From Parasphingorhabdus sp. (GTDB lineage: Bacteria; Pseudomonadota; Alphaproteobacteria; Sphingomonadales; Sphingomonadaceae): a stretch of DNA of 64,000 nt. Under the pieces are notes generated by a model, which had not been told where the DNA came from, searched no databases, and was given only the letters and a program-made list of their open reading frames with translations. How positions within the stretch are numbered: the first letter of the stretch is position 1; every line of letters starts with the position of its first letter. The DNA is taken from NCBI RefSeq assembly GCF_039982415.1, contig NZ_JBDWYL010000006.1, positions 461,613 through 525,612 on the forward strand, written 5' to 3'. The position numbers and the translations under genes are program-made. This document shows positions 1 to 9,082 of the stretch, one piece after another.

Positions 1-2
1 AC

Positions 3-863
3 ATGGCCAGCTTAGCGCCCTCGCCCTCTACTCAAGGCCCATTTGATATACGACCGTTGACGCCGGCCATTGGCGCAGAATTATCCGCGATTAATCTGGC
101 AGAAAATTTGACTGACGATGAGATCAGCGCCATCCGCCAAGCGCTGCTCGACCATAAGGTGATATTTTTTCGCGACCAACATCTGGACCGGTCGCAATTG
201 CTCAATTTTGCTCAAAGATTTGGTCCGCTGGAAATTCATCCGGCCACTCCCAAGGATCAACCGCATCCTGAAATATTACGCATTGCTCATGGGCCGCAAA
301 GCAAAGGCCAGGAAAATATGTGGCATAGCGATGTCACATGGCGACCCGAGCCTTCTTTGGGATCCGTGCTCAGTGCGGTGGAGATTCCGCCGGTTGGCGG
401 CGATACGTTGTTTGCCAATATGAACCTGGCTTATGAACGGCTTCCTGCGGCCTTGCAGGACATTGTAAACGGGTTGACCGCTGTGCATGATATTGCCCGT
501 GTCTTTGCCCGGCGCTTGAACAAACGCCCGGAAGAACTTCATGATCAATATCCACCGCAAGAACATCCCGTTGTGCGCACCCATCCGGAAACCGGACTGC
601 GCAGCCTTTATGTCAACAGCGCCTTTACCAGCCATATTGTCGGCATGGCCGAGGCTGAAAGCAAAGCCCTATTGAAAAAGCTTTATGCCACCGCGTCCAA
701 TCCGGAAATCCAATGTCGTTTCCGTTGGACGGTTGGCGCAATAGCCTTTTGGGACAATCGCGCATCCCAACATTTTGCCGCCTCCGATTATTTCCCAGAG
801 CGGCGGATCATGGAACGGGCGACAATTGCCGGGGATCGGCCATATTTTTCACCTGATGCGTGA
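3..863 (+). CDS. TauD/TfdA-family Fe(II)/2-oxoglutarate dioxygenase (taurine dioxygenase or alkylsulfatase-like)
   Basis: 286 aa; HxD motif (MWHSDVTW), GGDTLF, HPVVRTHPETG and WDNRASQH with the distal His. Confidence 0.9.
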   Translation: MASLAPSPSTQGPFDIRPLTPAIGAELSAINLAENLTDDEISAIRQALLDHKVIFFRDQHLDRSQLLNFAQRFGPLEIHPATPKDQPHPEILRIAHGPQSKGQENMWHSDVTWRPEPSLGSVLSAVEIPPVGGDTLFANMNLAYERLPAALQDIVNGLTAVHDIARVFARRLNKRPEELHDQYPPQEHPVVRTHPETGLRSLYVNSAFTSHIVGMAEAESKALLKKLYATASNPEIQCRFRWTVGAIAFWDNRASQHFAASDYFPERRIMERATIAGDRPYFSPDA

Positions 864-996
864 ATGATGCAGTCAAGTATGCGCGGCCCGGCCGGTCTTG
901 ACGTTACGGATTCCGCCTATCCGAACCGCAGACTATCAATCGCTTGCGCATTGGTCTGATCAGCGATAGTTTTCCGCCCTTCAGGATGGGGAACAT

Positions 997-2895
997 ATGA
1001 TGCGCAAAGCACTTTTACTCGCAGGCTGTTCAGCAGCTTTAACGCTTTCAGCCTGTGGCGACAGCGGTTCCAGTGGTTCCGGTAAAGCCGTCACCAATAG
1101 CGAATATCCTGAACAAGTTTATTGGGGCGACACCCATCTTCACACCGACAATAGTATTGATGCCTTTGGATTTGGTACCAGGCTCGATACGGAAGCGGCT
1201 TTGCGCTTTGCCAAAGGCGAAGAAGTCACCGCCAGCAAAGGCGCAAAAGCCAAATTATCCCGGCCACTCGACTTTCTCGTCATTGCCGATCACAGCGATG
1301 CATTGGGCGCAACCAAGGCTCTATATGAAGCACCGCGCATTGCCTTGTTGGGCAATGAATTCCTGCTCCGCTGGTATGATATGATGCACGAAAGCGATGA
1401 TGGTTCGCTGGCGGTAACGGCGGAGCTGATTGACGGAGCCGCGAGCGGCACTTTGCCAGAAGGCTTATTCGATCCGGAAGAATCAGCAGAACGCATTCAG
1501 TCCTTGTGGACCGAACATGGCGAAACCCTGGATGAATATAACGAACCGGGAAAATTTACTGCGTTTCACGGCTTTGAATATACGCCTATGCCCGGCGGCG
1601 ACAATCTCCACCGGGTTGTTATGTTCCGCGATGGCGGCGACAAAACCAGCACAATGTTGCCATTTGCGAGCTTTGATGCCGGTGATCCCGAGCAATTGTG
1701 GGATTATATGGGCGCATATGAGAAAAACACCGGCGGCAAGGTGTTGGCTATCCCGCATAACAGCAATGTTTCCAACGGCCGCATGTTCGCGATGAACAAG
1801 CTGGATGGCAGTCCCATTGACGCCGCCTATATTAAGACACGGGCGCTGCGCGAACCAATTGTTGAAGTCACCCAAATTAAAGGCGATAGCGAAAGTCATC
1901 CATTCTTGTCTCCCAATGATGAATTTGCCAGTTTTGGAGATGCCGGTTGGGACCAATGCAACCTGAGTTGCGGCAAAAATATGCCCCCCGAAAGCTATGC
2001 TGGAAGCTACGCGCGGGAGGCCTTGAAGCGGGGATTGGAATTTACGCTCAAACTGGGTGCCAATCCGTTTAAATTTGGCCTGATCGGATCAACCGACAGC
2101 CACACATCCCTGGCGACAGCGGATGAGAATAATTTCTTCGGCAAGCATAGCGGCAACGAATTTAACAATAAGGATCGCGCGCTCGCGCCCCAGAATCTCG
2201 GCACCCGCAGAGGCCGATTTGGATGGCATTATCTATCAAGTGGCTATGCTGCGGTCTGGGCGACCAGCAATACGCGCGAAGCCATTTTTGACGCCATGAT
2301 GCGCCGCGAAGTCTATGCCACAACCGGACCGCGCATGCAGGTACGGTTTTTCGGCGGCTTTGACTTTTCTGAAGATGATATCAAAAATCTGGTGCGGGCC
2401 GGCTATGATAAAGGCGTGCCAATGGGTGGCGATTTAACCGGCACGGACGGCAAAGCACCTAGCTTCCTTGTCTCCGCCTTGATGGATCCGGAAAGCGCTA
2501 ATCTCGATCGGGTTCAGATTGTCAAAGGCTGGATCGACAATAGCGGGAATAGTCAGGAAAAAATCTACAATATCAGCTGGAGCAGTCCGGACAGCCGGAA
2601 AATGGGCGGCGATGGCACGCTGCCTTCGGTTGGCAACAGCGTGAACTTGGCCGATGCCAGCTGGGAAAATAATATCGGCGCGCCAGAATTGACCACCTGG
2701 TGGCAGGATCCGGATTTCCAAGCCAACCAAAATGCCTTTTATTATGTCCGCGTGCTCGAAATTCCGACCCCGACTTGGCCGGTCTATGACGCCTTGAAGT
2801 TCGGATTGACCTTGCCAGACGACGTCATCAAAATCCAGCAAGAGCGGGCCTATTCGTCGCCAATTTGGTATACACCCACAGCGGCGAAAAGCTGA
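997..2895 (+). CDS. DUF3604 lipoprotein, PHP-like metallohydrolase fold
   Basis: 632 aa; lipoprotein-type signal (LLLAGC / LTLSAC); WGDTHLHT, DFLVIADHS, GFEYT, IPHNSN, GSTDSH, REVYATTG, ERAYSSPIWY motifs. Confidence 0.85.
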   Translation: MMRKALLLAGCSAALTLSACGDSGSSGSGKAVTNSEYPEQVYWGDTHLHTDNSIDAFGFGTRLDTEAALRFAKGEEVTASKGAKAKLSRPLDFLVIADHSDALGATKALYEAPRIALLGNEFLLRWYDMMHESDDGSLAVTAELIDGAASGTLPEGLFDPEESAERIQSLWTEHGETLDEYNEPGKFTAFHGFEYTPMPGGDNLHRVVMFRDGGDKTSTMLPFASFDAGDPEQLWDYMGAYEKNTGGKVLAIPHNSNVSNGRMFAMNKLDGSPIDAAYIKTRALREPIVEVTQIKGDSESHPFLSPNDEFASFGDAGWDQCNLSCGKNMPPESYAGSYAREALKRGLEFTLKLGANPFKFGLIGSTDSHTSLATADENNFFGKHSGNEFNNKDRALAPQNLGTRRGRFGWHYLSSGYAAVWATSNTREAIFDAMMRREVYATTGPRMQVRFFGGFDFSEDDIKNLVRAGYDKGVPMGGDLTGTDGKAPSFLVSALMDPESANLDRVQIVKGWIDNSGNSQEKIYNISWSSPDSRKMGGDGTLPSVGNSVNLADASWENNIGAPELTTWWQDPDFQANQNAFYYVRVLEIPTPTWPVYDALKFGLTLPDDVIKIQQERAYSSPIWYTPTAAKS

Positions 2896-2941
2896 CCTCC
2901 ATGCAAAGGGCTCTTGCGCTTTGGTTGCAAGCTAAGAGGCG

Positions 2942-3766
2942 ATGATGAAATTGCTCAAAGAACCGCTGGTACATTTTCTGATCGGGGCCTTGCTGATTTT
3001 TGGCTTTTTCTGGGCTACCGGATCCAATCGCGATCCGGCCGATTATGACATTGCGATTGGCAAGACCGATATAGAACGGCTCGAAACCGCATGGATTCAA
3101 AATTTTCGAAGGCTGCCAACAGACGCCGAACTGGCCAGCCTGATCGATCAGGAAATCAAAGAGGAAATCTACTATCGGGAAGCGTTGCGGCTCGGGCTGG
3201 ATCGAGACGATCCGGTTGTGCGGCGGCGGCTTTTTACCAAAATGCGCTTTCTTGATAATCGCGAAATTTCCAATGCAGAACCATCCGATACTGTGTTGCA
3301 AAAGTGGCTCGATAACCATGCCGAAAAATATAGCCAATCAGCGCGATACAGTTTCGAGCAAATCTATCTCGGACAAGATCCTGATTTTGGCAAACAATCA
3401 GCAACGACCATTTTGGAAAAGCTCAAAAAATCGCCCGAATCCGGAGAAAAATGGCGTCAACCTCTGTCCCTGGCTCGCGCAGTGCGCAAAGCCGAAAATG
3501 CTGCGATTGAACGGCAATTTGGAGAAATTTTCTCGGCCCAGCTCAACGCTGTACCGATGGACCAATGGCACGGTCCTATCCAATCCGGTTTTGGGCTGCA
3601 TTTTGTGAAAATCTCGGAGAAATTACCCGGCGCTGCTCCCGCTCTGGAAGACGTTCGGCAGACCGTATTAAACGATTGGCGAGCGGCACAAAAAGCAGCG
3701 CAAGAAGAAGACGCTTTTCAAGCCTATCGCAAAGATTATTCGGTCACCATCGCTGGCCGCGAATGA
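2942..3766 (+). CDS. Parvulin/rotamase-like peptidyl-prolyl isomerase, N-terminally anchored
   Basis: 274 aa; begins LKEPLVHF, N-terminal TM, EEIYYREALRLGLD, WHGPIQSGFGLHFV. Confidence 0.8.
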   Translation: MMKLLKEPLVHFLIGALLIFGFFWATGSNRDPADYDIAIGKTDIERLETAWIQNFRRLPTDAELASLIDQEIKEEIYYREALRLGLDRDDPVVRRRLFTKMRFLDNREISNAEPSDTVLQKWLDNHAEKYSQSARYSFEQIYLGQDPDFGKQSATTILEKLKKSPESGEKWRQPLSLARAVRKAENAAIERQFGEIFSAQLNAVPMDQWHGPIQSGFGLHFVKISEKLPGAAPALEDVRQTVLNDWRAAQKAAQEEDAFQAYRKDYSVTIAGRE

Positions 3767-4770
3767 CCATCATGCGCCTATTCTGGAAAATTTGCATGGC
3801 CTGCGCTGTCCTGCTTTCGACGCCGGCGGCTCATGCCGATGAATTGCGCCCCGCATATCTCGAAATGGATCAACTTTCTCAAAGCGAATGGACGATCCGA
3901 TGGAAAGCCTCTGCGCAGTCGCGCTTAGGCCGTAAAGGCGAAGCACAGATTCCCCAGATATGCGAAAATATTGGCGAAGCAAATCGCCGCTTTATTGACA
4001 CCAATATTGTGACTGATCAAAAATTGCGCTGTGATGGTCCGATCGCGGGTCAGACAATTGGCCTGAGCGGCTTGGCCTTGTCGACGACCGATGCCTTGGT
4101 TCGCATCAAACCGCTGGACGGTGAAATCCAGACATTGCGCCTCACGCCTGACGCACCCTCGGCAAAAATTGCCAAAGGCGATGCGATCACCAACGTAGCA
4201 TGGACCTATGGCCTGCTCGGGATCGAACATATTTTATTGGGCTTTGATCATCTTCTATTTGTGGTTGCACTGGTGCTGTTACTCAAAAGCGGCTGGCTGG
4301 TGACCCAAACTGTGACCGCATTTACACTCGCCCATAGCCTCACACTGATCGGAACAACCCTGGGGTATTTCTCGCTCCCATCCCAACCGGTCGAAGCGAT
4401 TATCGCCTTGTCGATAGTCTTTCTCGCTATGGAAATCATCAAAGCGCAGCGCCATAATCCAGACGATGGGCTCAGATTGTCGGAACGCTATCCTTGGATT
4501 GTCGCCTTTCTTTTTGGCTTGCTGCATGGTTTTGGGTTTGCCGGAGCGCTTGCCGAAATCGGCCTGCCGCAACAGGCCATTCCGATGGCTTTGCTCACCT
4601 TCAATCTCGGCGTTGAAATCGGGCAATTGGCCATAGTCGCCGCCGCTTTCTTGATATTGGCGCTGATCCGTAAGGCTCGCCAGCAGTGGCTTCAACCAAC
4701 CAAATTGGCCGCTTCTTATGGCGTTGGCATTATTGCCACCTACTGGTTTATTGAGCGCATGATTGCTTAA
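3763..4770 (+). CDS. HupE/UreJ-family membrane protein with an N-terminal periplasmic domain
   Basis: Likely ATG at 3763 overlaps the PPIase stop (ATGA); signal peptide ending AHA; GIEHILLGFDHLLF, FTLAHSLTL, LLHGFGFA. Confidence 0.85.
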   Translation: MTIMRLFWKICMACAVLLSTPAAHADELRPAYLEMDQLSQSEWTIRWKASAQSRLGRKGEAQIPQICENIGEANRRFIDTNIVTDQKLRCDGPIAGQTIGLSGLALSTTDALVRIKPLDGEIQTLRLTPDAPSAKIAKGDAITNVAWTYGLLGIEHILLGFDHLLFVVALVLLLKSGWLVTQTVTAFTLAHSLTLIGTTLGYFSLPSQPVEAIIALSIVFLAMEIIKAQRHNPDDGLRLSERYPWIVAFLFGLLHGFGFAGALAEIGLPQQAIPMALLTFNLGVEIGQLAIVAAAFLILALIRKARQQWLQPTKLAASYGVGIIATYWFIERMIA

Positions 4771-4774
4771 CGGC

Positions 4775-5149
4775 TCAGTTTTCCCGTTCGCTCAATTGAA
4801 CCACCCGCAATTCCAAAGCTTTCAACTCGGTCAATACCGACAATAAATTCATCCGTTCGAACAGCCAGTTTTTCGAAAAACCCACCATCATGAACAGGAC
4901 GATAACGGCCGCAGACCATAAGATGGTTTCGCGAAGTTCGACGGCATGAAATGCTTGCCATCCGGAATAAACCGTCGCGATAAACATCAAAAAGGTCGTG
5001 AAGGTGATCAGATAAGACCAAAATCGCATCGGCCCTTGCAGCGTCGCGCCCAATTGCTCGAACAATCCTCGTCCATTTTCCAGATCAGACAAAAAGGCTT
5101 TATCTTCCGCACTGAGACTTTCGTCCCATTCACTCTTAAACATGCTCAT
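4775..5149 (-). CDS. Small two-TM membrane protein (DUF6768-like), probable anti-sigma factor
   Basis: 124 aa, two hydrophobic helices, overlaps the 3' end of the ECF sigma gene by 14 nt. Confidence 0.6.
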   Translation of the reverse strand: MSMFKSEWDESLSAEDKAFLSDLENGRGLFEQLGATLQGPMRFWSYLITFTTFLMFIATVYSGWQAFHAVELRETILWSAAVIVLFMMVGFSKNWLFERMNLLSVLTELKALELRVVQLSEREN

Positions 5150-5705
5150 GTTTTTCTCCTTCAGTGTGATTGTCTAAAGCCGTCTGCAATTGACGGCGGG
5201 CATAAAATAGTCGGGATTTTGTTGTGCCAACGGCGGTCGAGGTGACTTTTGCTATTTCCCGCATTGTCAGTCCTTCCTGAAAATACAGGATAGCAGCCAC
5301 CCGGTGATCAGTGCCCAATTGCGCGAAAGCTTGATCCAGCGACACCTTGTCTTCGCCGCGCGGTTGGATCACAGCCTCATCTTCACCCCACTCCATATTC
5401 TGACTACGATGACGAATATTATGGCGAATGCGATCGGTGCATTTATTGTGCAGAATCCGATAGGCCCAGGCCGGGAAACGCGCTGGATCTTTGAGTCCAA
5501 ACCATCCTCTGCAAATACCGCTCCAGGCTTCCTGCACGGCTGATTCGGCTTGATCCCGGTCGCGCAACAGGCGATAAGCTGTCCGCAGCAGCCGTGGGTA
5601 CCAGCGCGCCGCCAACCGTTCACCGGCCCGCCTGTCGCCTGCCTGCAAACGGCGTAACAACAAGGCGTCAAAAACTCTATCTGTATCACTATAGCGCATG
5701 TACAA
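5136..5705 (-). CDS. ECF-type RNA polymerase sigma-70 factor
   Basis: 189 aa; region 2 (AESAVQEAWSGI, FPAWAYRILHNKC) and region 4 (EGLTMREIA, GTTKSRLFYARRQL). Confidence 0.9.
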   Translation of the reverse strand: MYMRYSDTDRVFDALLLRRLQAGDRRAGERLAARWYPRLLRTAYRLLRDRDQAESAVQEAWSGICRGWFGLKDPARFPAWAYRILHNKCTDRIRHNIRHRSQNMEWGEDEAVIQPRGEDKVSLDQAFAQLGTDHRVAAILYFQEGLTMREIAKVTSTAVGTTKSRLFYARRQLQTALDNHTEGEKHEHV

Positions 5706-5726
5706 CCTAAATGACCTTTACCCCGA

Positions 5727-5754
5727 TAGTCGCGGAAAAGGTCAAAAAGGTTCA
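5727..5754 (-). promoter_or_regulatory. Putative autoregulatory ECF promoter TGAACC-N16-CGACTA
   Basis: Minus-strand TGAACC (5754-5749), 16-nt spacer, CGACTA (5732-5727), 22 nt upstream of the sigma start. Confidence 0.5.
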
Positions 5755-5800
5755 TTTGCAGGTGTTTTTAATCGCCTGACGCGCGGCGCGCTCTGTCCAA

Positions 5801-6733
5801 TCAGCCCGCGGGTGGCCGATGGGCATCGTCAGACCAATCCTGTCGGACCGCCCATTGTTCGAGTGTTTCAAACTCTACTTCTGGCAAACGCTGCTGCATA
5901 AAATCCGTACAAACCTCAAAGGGTTTGGTTTCGGACTTGTTGTTAAATTCGTAAAACGCGGCAATCCCGGCCGACATTGTCGCCCGATTTTCTTCCGGCA
6001 CATCATCGCCAAAGGCGTTGACCAGCAAATCACCAAATTCCGTCGGGGTACACGGGTCATATTTGATTTCGCGGCCAAAAACTTTCGACAAAATTTCTGC
6101 AACCTGGGGCGGTTTAATACGCTGCGGCCCACCAATGTTCATCCATGATCCCTCAAAATCAGGGCGCTCCATGGCTGCCACCATACATTTGCCGACATCA
6201 TCAAGGCTGATCCAATTGGCTTCAAGATGCGCTTCATGGGGATAAACATAACGGCTTTCGTTGACGATAAACGGCCGCGCCCAATTGGTCAGCAAATTGT
6301 CCATGAACAAAACCGATCCGAAAATAGTCGCTGGCACGCCAGAACGAAATATCGAATTTACCGCAATGGTATTATTGCCATAGGTAAAGGGTTCGCCCGG
6401 CCGTTCCGGGATCCAGCTGGATGTATTCCAGATAAACCGCTTACCTCCTGCCTGTTGTACCGCCGCTGCTACACGTCCGGTCAATGTGGCACGGTCTTCG
6501 CGGGCTTGCAGCGGATGCGTGTAAAAGACCGCATCCGAGCCTTCAAAAGCAGGCACCCAGGTTTCCTCATCATAAAGGTCAAATATTCGGGCTTCGTCCG
6601 CAATGTTGCTGCCGCCCAGATCCGGGGTTTCACTGCGCGAAAGCGCGCGAACCCGGTGGCCGGTCGCGCCCAATTGTCGAATCTGCGCCAAACCTTGACG
6701 CCCGGTTGCTCCAACGACGGATACCAATGCCAT
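5801..6733 (-). CDS. NmrA-family NAD(P)-binding protein
   Basis: Probable start 6733 (MALVSVVGATGRQG) with AAAGGAGG RBS; atypical SDR Rossmann motif. Confidence 0.8.
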   Translation of the reverse strand: MALVSVVGATGRQGLAQIRQLGATGHRVRALSRSETPDLGGSNIADEARIFDLYDEETWVPAFEGSDAVFYTHPLQAREDRATLTGRVAAAVQQAGGKRFIWNTSSWIPERPGEPFTYGNNTIAVNSIFRSGVPATIFGSVLFMDNLLTNWARPFIVNESRYVYPHEAHLEANWISLDDVGKCMVAAMERPDFEGSWMNIGGPQRIKPPQVAEILSKVFGREIKYDPCTPTEFGDLLVNAFGDDVPEENRATMSAGIAAFYEFNNKSETKPFEVCTDFMQQRLPEVEFETLEQWAVRQDWSDDAHRPPAG

Positions 6734-6857
6734 TTCGAATCCTCCTTTATGATTTGCGGAGGAAGCTAATCGCATGGGCAGCTTCGCCCAATGCTCCATT
6801 TTATCAGGCCATTATTGTTAGGGCGTAGAGATGATCCCTGCGGCCATTGCGCAATGG

Positions 6858-7622
6858 CTAAGCCTTGAGCTGCGCTTGCCAGCGCTGCATGCCGGTAATC
6901 CAGCGTTCCGGATCGCTGCCTTTTTGTTTGATATAATCGGCAACCTGAGGATGCGGCAGAATCAGAAAGCGCTCTTCCTCAATCGCTTCCAAAGTGATTT
7001 GCGCTACAGCTTGCGCCGACAACATGCCGTCTTTGGCCACTGTCGATGTGTCAATATCTGCCGTCATTGCGGTGGCGACACCTTGCGGACAGAGCACAGA
7101 TACTTTCAAACCATCGTCCCCATGGGTGATGGCCAGCCATTCAGCAAAGCTGACCGCGGCATGTTTGGTCACCGAATAGGGCGCGGACCCGATTTGCGCG
7201 AGCAGGCCCGCTGCAGAAGCGGTGCTCAATATATAACCGCCGCCACGTGCCAGCATTTTTGGAACCAAGATACGTGCCGCGCGAATATGGGCGAGGACAT
7301 TAATATCCCAAATCGACTGCCAGGCCTCATCCGCAACCTCGACGCCGCCTTCCATAATGATCCCGGCATTGGAAACAAACAGGTCAATCGGGCCAATATC
7401 CGATTCCACCATTTCAATCAGCGCGGCAATATCCGCTTCCTTGGCGACATCGGTCTGAATGGCCGTTCCGCCGATAGCCTCTGCAACCGTTTGAGCGCCT
7501 GGTAGATCACGATCAGAGCATATGACATGCCGAGCACCCGCGCCGGCAAAACAATCCGCCATCGCCGCTCCTATGCCGCTGGCTGCGCCGGTAACCACAA
7601 TGATTTTGTCTCTTATATTCAT
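6858..7622 (-). CDS. Short-chain dehydrogenase/reductase
   Basis: TGAASGIG, NAG, YSVTK (YxxxK). Confidence 0.9.
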   Translation of the reverse strand: MNIRDKIIVVTGAASGIGAAMADCFAGAGARHVICSDRDLPGAQTVAEAIGGTAIQTDVAKEADIAALIEMVESDIGPIDLFVSNAGIIMEGGVEVADEAWQSIWDINVLAHIRAARILVPKMLARGGGYILSTASAAGLLAQIGSAPYSVTKHAAVSFAEWLAITHGDDGLKVSVLCPQGVATAMTADIDTSTVAKDGMLSAQAVAQITLEAIEEERFLILPHPQVADYIKQKGSDPERWITGMQRWQAQLKA

Positions 7623-7710
7623 AAATTTTCTTTCCTGCCCATGGCACTTTTCGATTGGGATTGCATCCTCTGTTCAGAGTGGATTGCTCGGCCCTAAACG
7701 CGGCGGCAAA

Positions 7711-8352
7711 CTAGCCGTTTTGCGACGGAGCAAAATTATAGTCTCCGCCTTTTTCGAGACCGCGCTGATAAGCGGGGCGCGCTTGGAGCCATTCGACAAA
7801 TTTCGCCAGCTTCGGATAAGCTTCGGCGCCGCCTTGTGCCATGGCAACTTCGGCTGGAAAGCTCAGCATAAAATCCGCAGCGCTGAGGCTGTCTCCGACA
7901 AAATGTCCAGAGGGATGCAGTTGACTCTCCATGAAGGAAAAATGGCTGGCTAGCTGTTCGTTGATACGCGGCATTAATGGAGCGCCAGCGTCTTCCAATC
8001 TGCCAACATAGAGGTTGAGCAATATCGGGGTCATCGCCGACCCTTCCGCAAAATGGAGCCATTCAAGATGCTGGATATAATCGTCCGTATCGCGCGGTGG
8101 AACAAATTGATCGCCGCCATGATGAGCGCATATATATTCGACATTCGCACCGGACTCGATGATCATCCGGCCATTATCCTCGATCATCGGCGCTTTGCCC
8201 AGAGGATGCAGGCTAGTCAGACTGGGCGGTGCCAAATTGGTCTCGGCATCGCGCTGATGGTGCCGGATTTCATAGGGTCGGCCAATTTCTTCGAGCAGCC
8301 ATAAAATCCTTTGAGATCGGCTATTGTTGAGGTGATGGACAATCAATGACAT
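7711..8352 (-). CDS. Glutathione S-transferase
   Basis: Probable start 8352 (MSLIVHHLNNSRSQRILWLLEE); HPLGKAP, ESGA, SAAD. Confidence 0.9.
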   Translation of the reverse strand: MSLIVHHLNNSRSQRILWLLEEIGRPYEIRHHQRDAETNLAPPSLTSLHPLGKAPMIEDNGRMIIESGANVEYICAHHGGDQFVPPRDTDDYIQHLEWLHFAEGSAMTPILLNLYVGRLEDAGAPLMPRINEQLASHFSFMESQLHPSGHFVGDSLSAADFMLSFPAEVAMAQGGAEAYPKLAKFVEWLQARPAYQRGLEKGGDYNFAPSQNG

Positions 8353-8485
8353 TGTGGCTCTCCGGAAATTTTGGTTTAAGATGCTTGCAACACCGGTTAT
8401 CATTCCCTGCATAGAGCGCGCATGATTTTATCATAGATATTATTTCACCCTTTCCCATTTTAACCAGCCGAGAGCCGCTTCGAAT

Positions 8486-9082
8486 ATGACCATCACGAAA
8501 ACCTATATTTCTGCTGATCAATTGCTGTCTGATAGCTTCCGCTTGGGCATGCAAATTTTCAACAGCGATTTTGCGCCAACCCATATTGTCGGTATCTGGA
8601 GAGGCGGCGCACCGGTTGGTATTGCTGTCCAGGAAATATTGGAATTTCACGGCGTCTCGACGGATCATATCGCCATCCGGACCTCCTCCTATAGCGGTAT
8701 AGATAAACAGGAACGATCCGTTCGAGTCTTTGCCTTGGGCTATCTGATCGATACTCTGAATCCAGATGACAATTTGTTGATTGTCGACGATGTTTTTGAC
8801 AGCGGCCGCAGCATCGAAGCCTTTTTGAAAGAATTGAGCGAGCGGTGCCGGCACAATATGCCCAAAGATGTTCGGGTGGCGACGATTTACAGCAAACCCT
8901 CGCGCAACAAAACTGATTTGCATCCCGATTTTTTCATCCATGAAACCGAGGACTGGTTGATTTTTCCGCATGAACTGGACGGGCTGAGCAAAGCAGAAAT
9001 ATGCGATAACAAAGCGGACGCTGCGATTATTTTCGGAGAAGAAACCGTTTCCCCACCCCAGATAGTGAAGAACAAGCTATGA
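8486..9082 (+). CDS. Type I purine phosphoribosyltransferase (xanthine/hypoxanthine-guanine type)
   Basis: GIWRGG and PRPP-binding loop LIVDDVFDSGRS. Confidence 0.85.
   Translation: MTITKTYISADQLLSDSFRLGMQIFNSDFAPTHIVGIWRGGAPVGIAVQEILEFHGVSTDHIAIRTSSYSGIDKQERSVRVFALGYLIDTLNPDDNLLIVDDVFDSGRSIEAFLKELSERCRHNMPKDVRVATIYSKPSRNKTDLHPDFFIHETEDWLIFPHELDGLSKAEICDNKADAAIIFGEETVSPPQIVKNKL

Noticed and set aside
864-996. Possible riboswitch or structured leader before DUF3604 (short arms TCAAG/CTTGA and ACTATC/GATAGT)
   Set aside because: Arms are only 5-6 bp and I recognise no aptamer core; an Rfam/Infernal search would be needed.
3565-3762. N-terminal extension of the HupE ORF; similar over-long starts for nmrA, gst, parB, rsmG, mnmG, msrB and the acyl-CoA ligase
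   Set aside because: They overlap neighbouring genes; downstream starts give proper signal peptides or family N-termini.
6831-7505. 224-aa plus-strand ORF opposite the SDR gene
   Set aside because: Antisense shadow of a well-formed gene; no recognisable motifs or RBS.
8321-8971. 216-aa minus-strand ORF
   Set aside because: Antisense to the phosphoribosyltransferase; no family signature.
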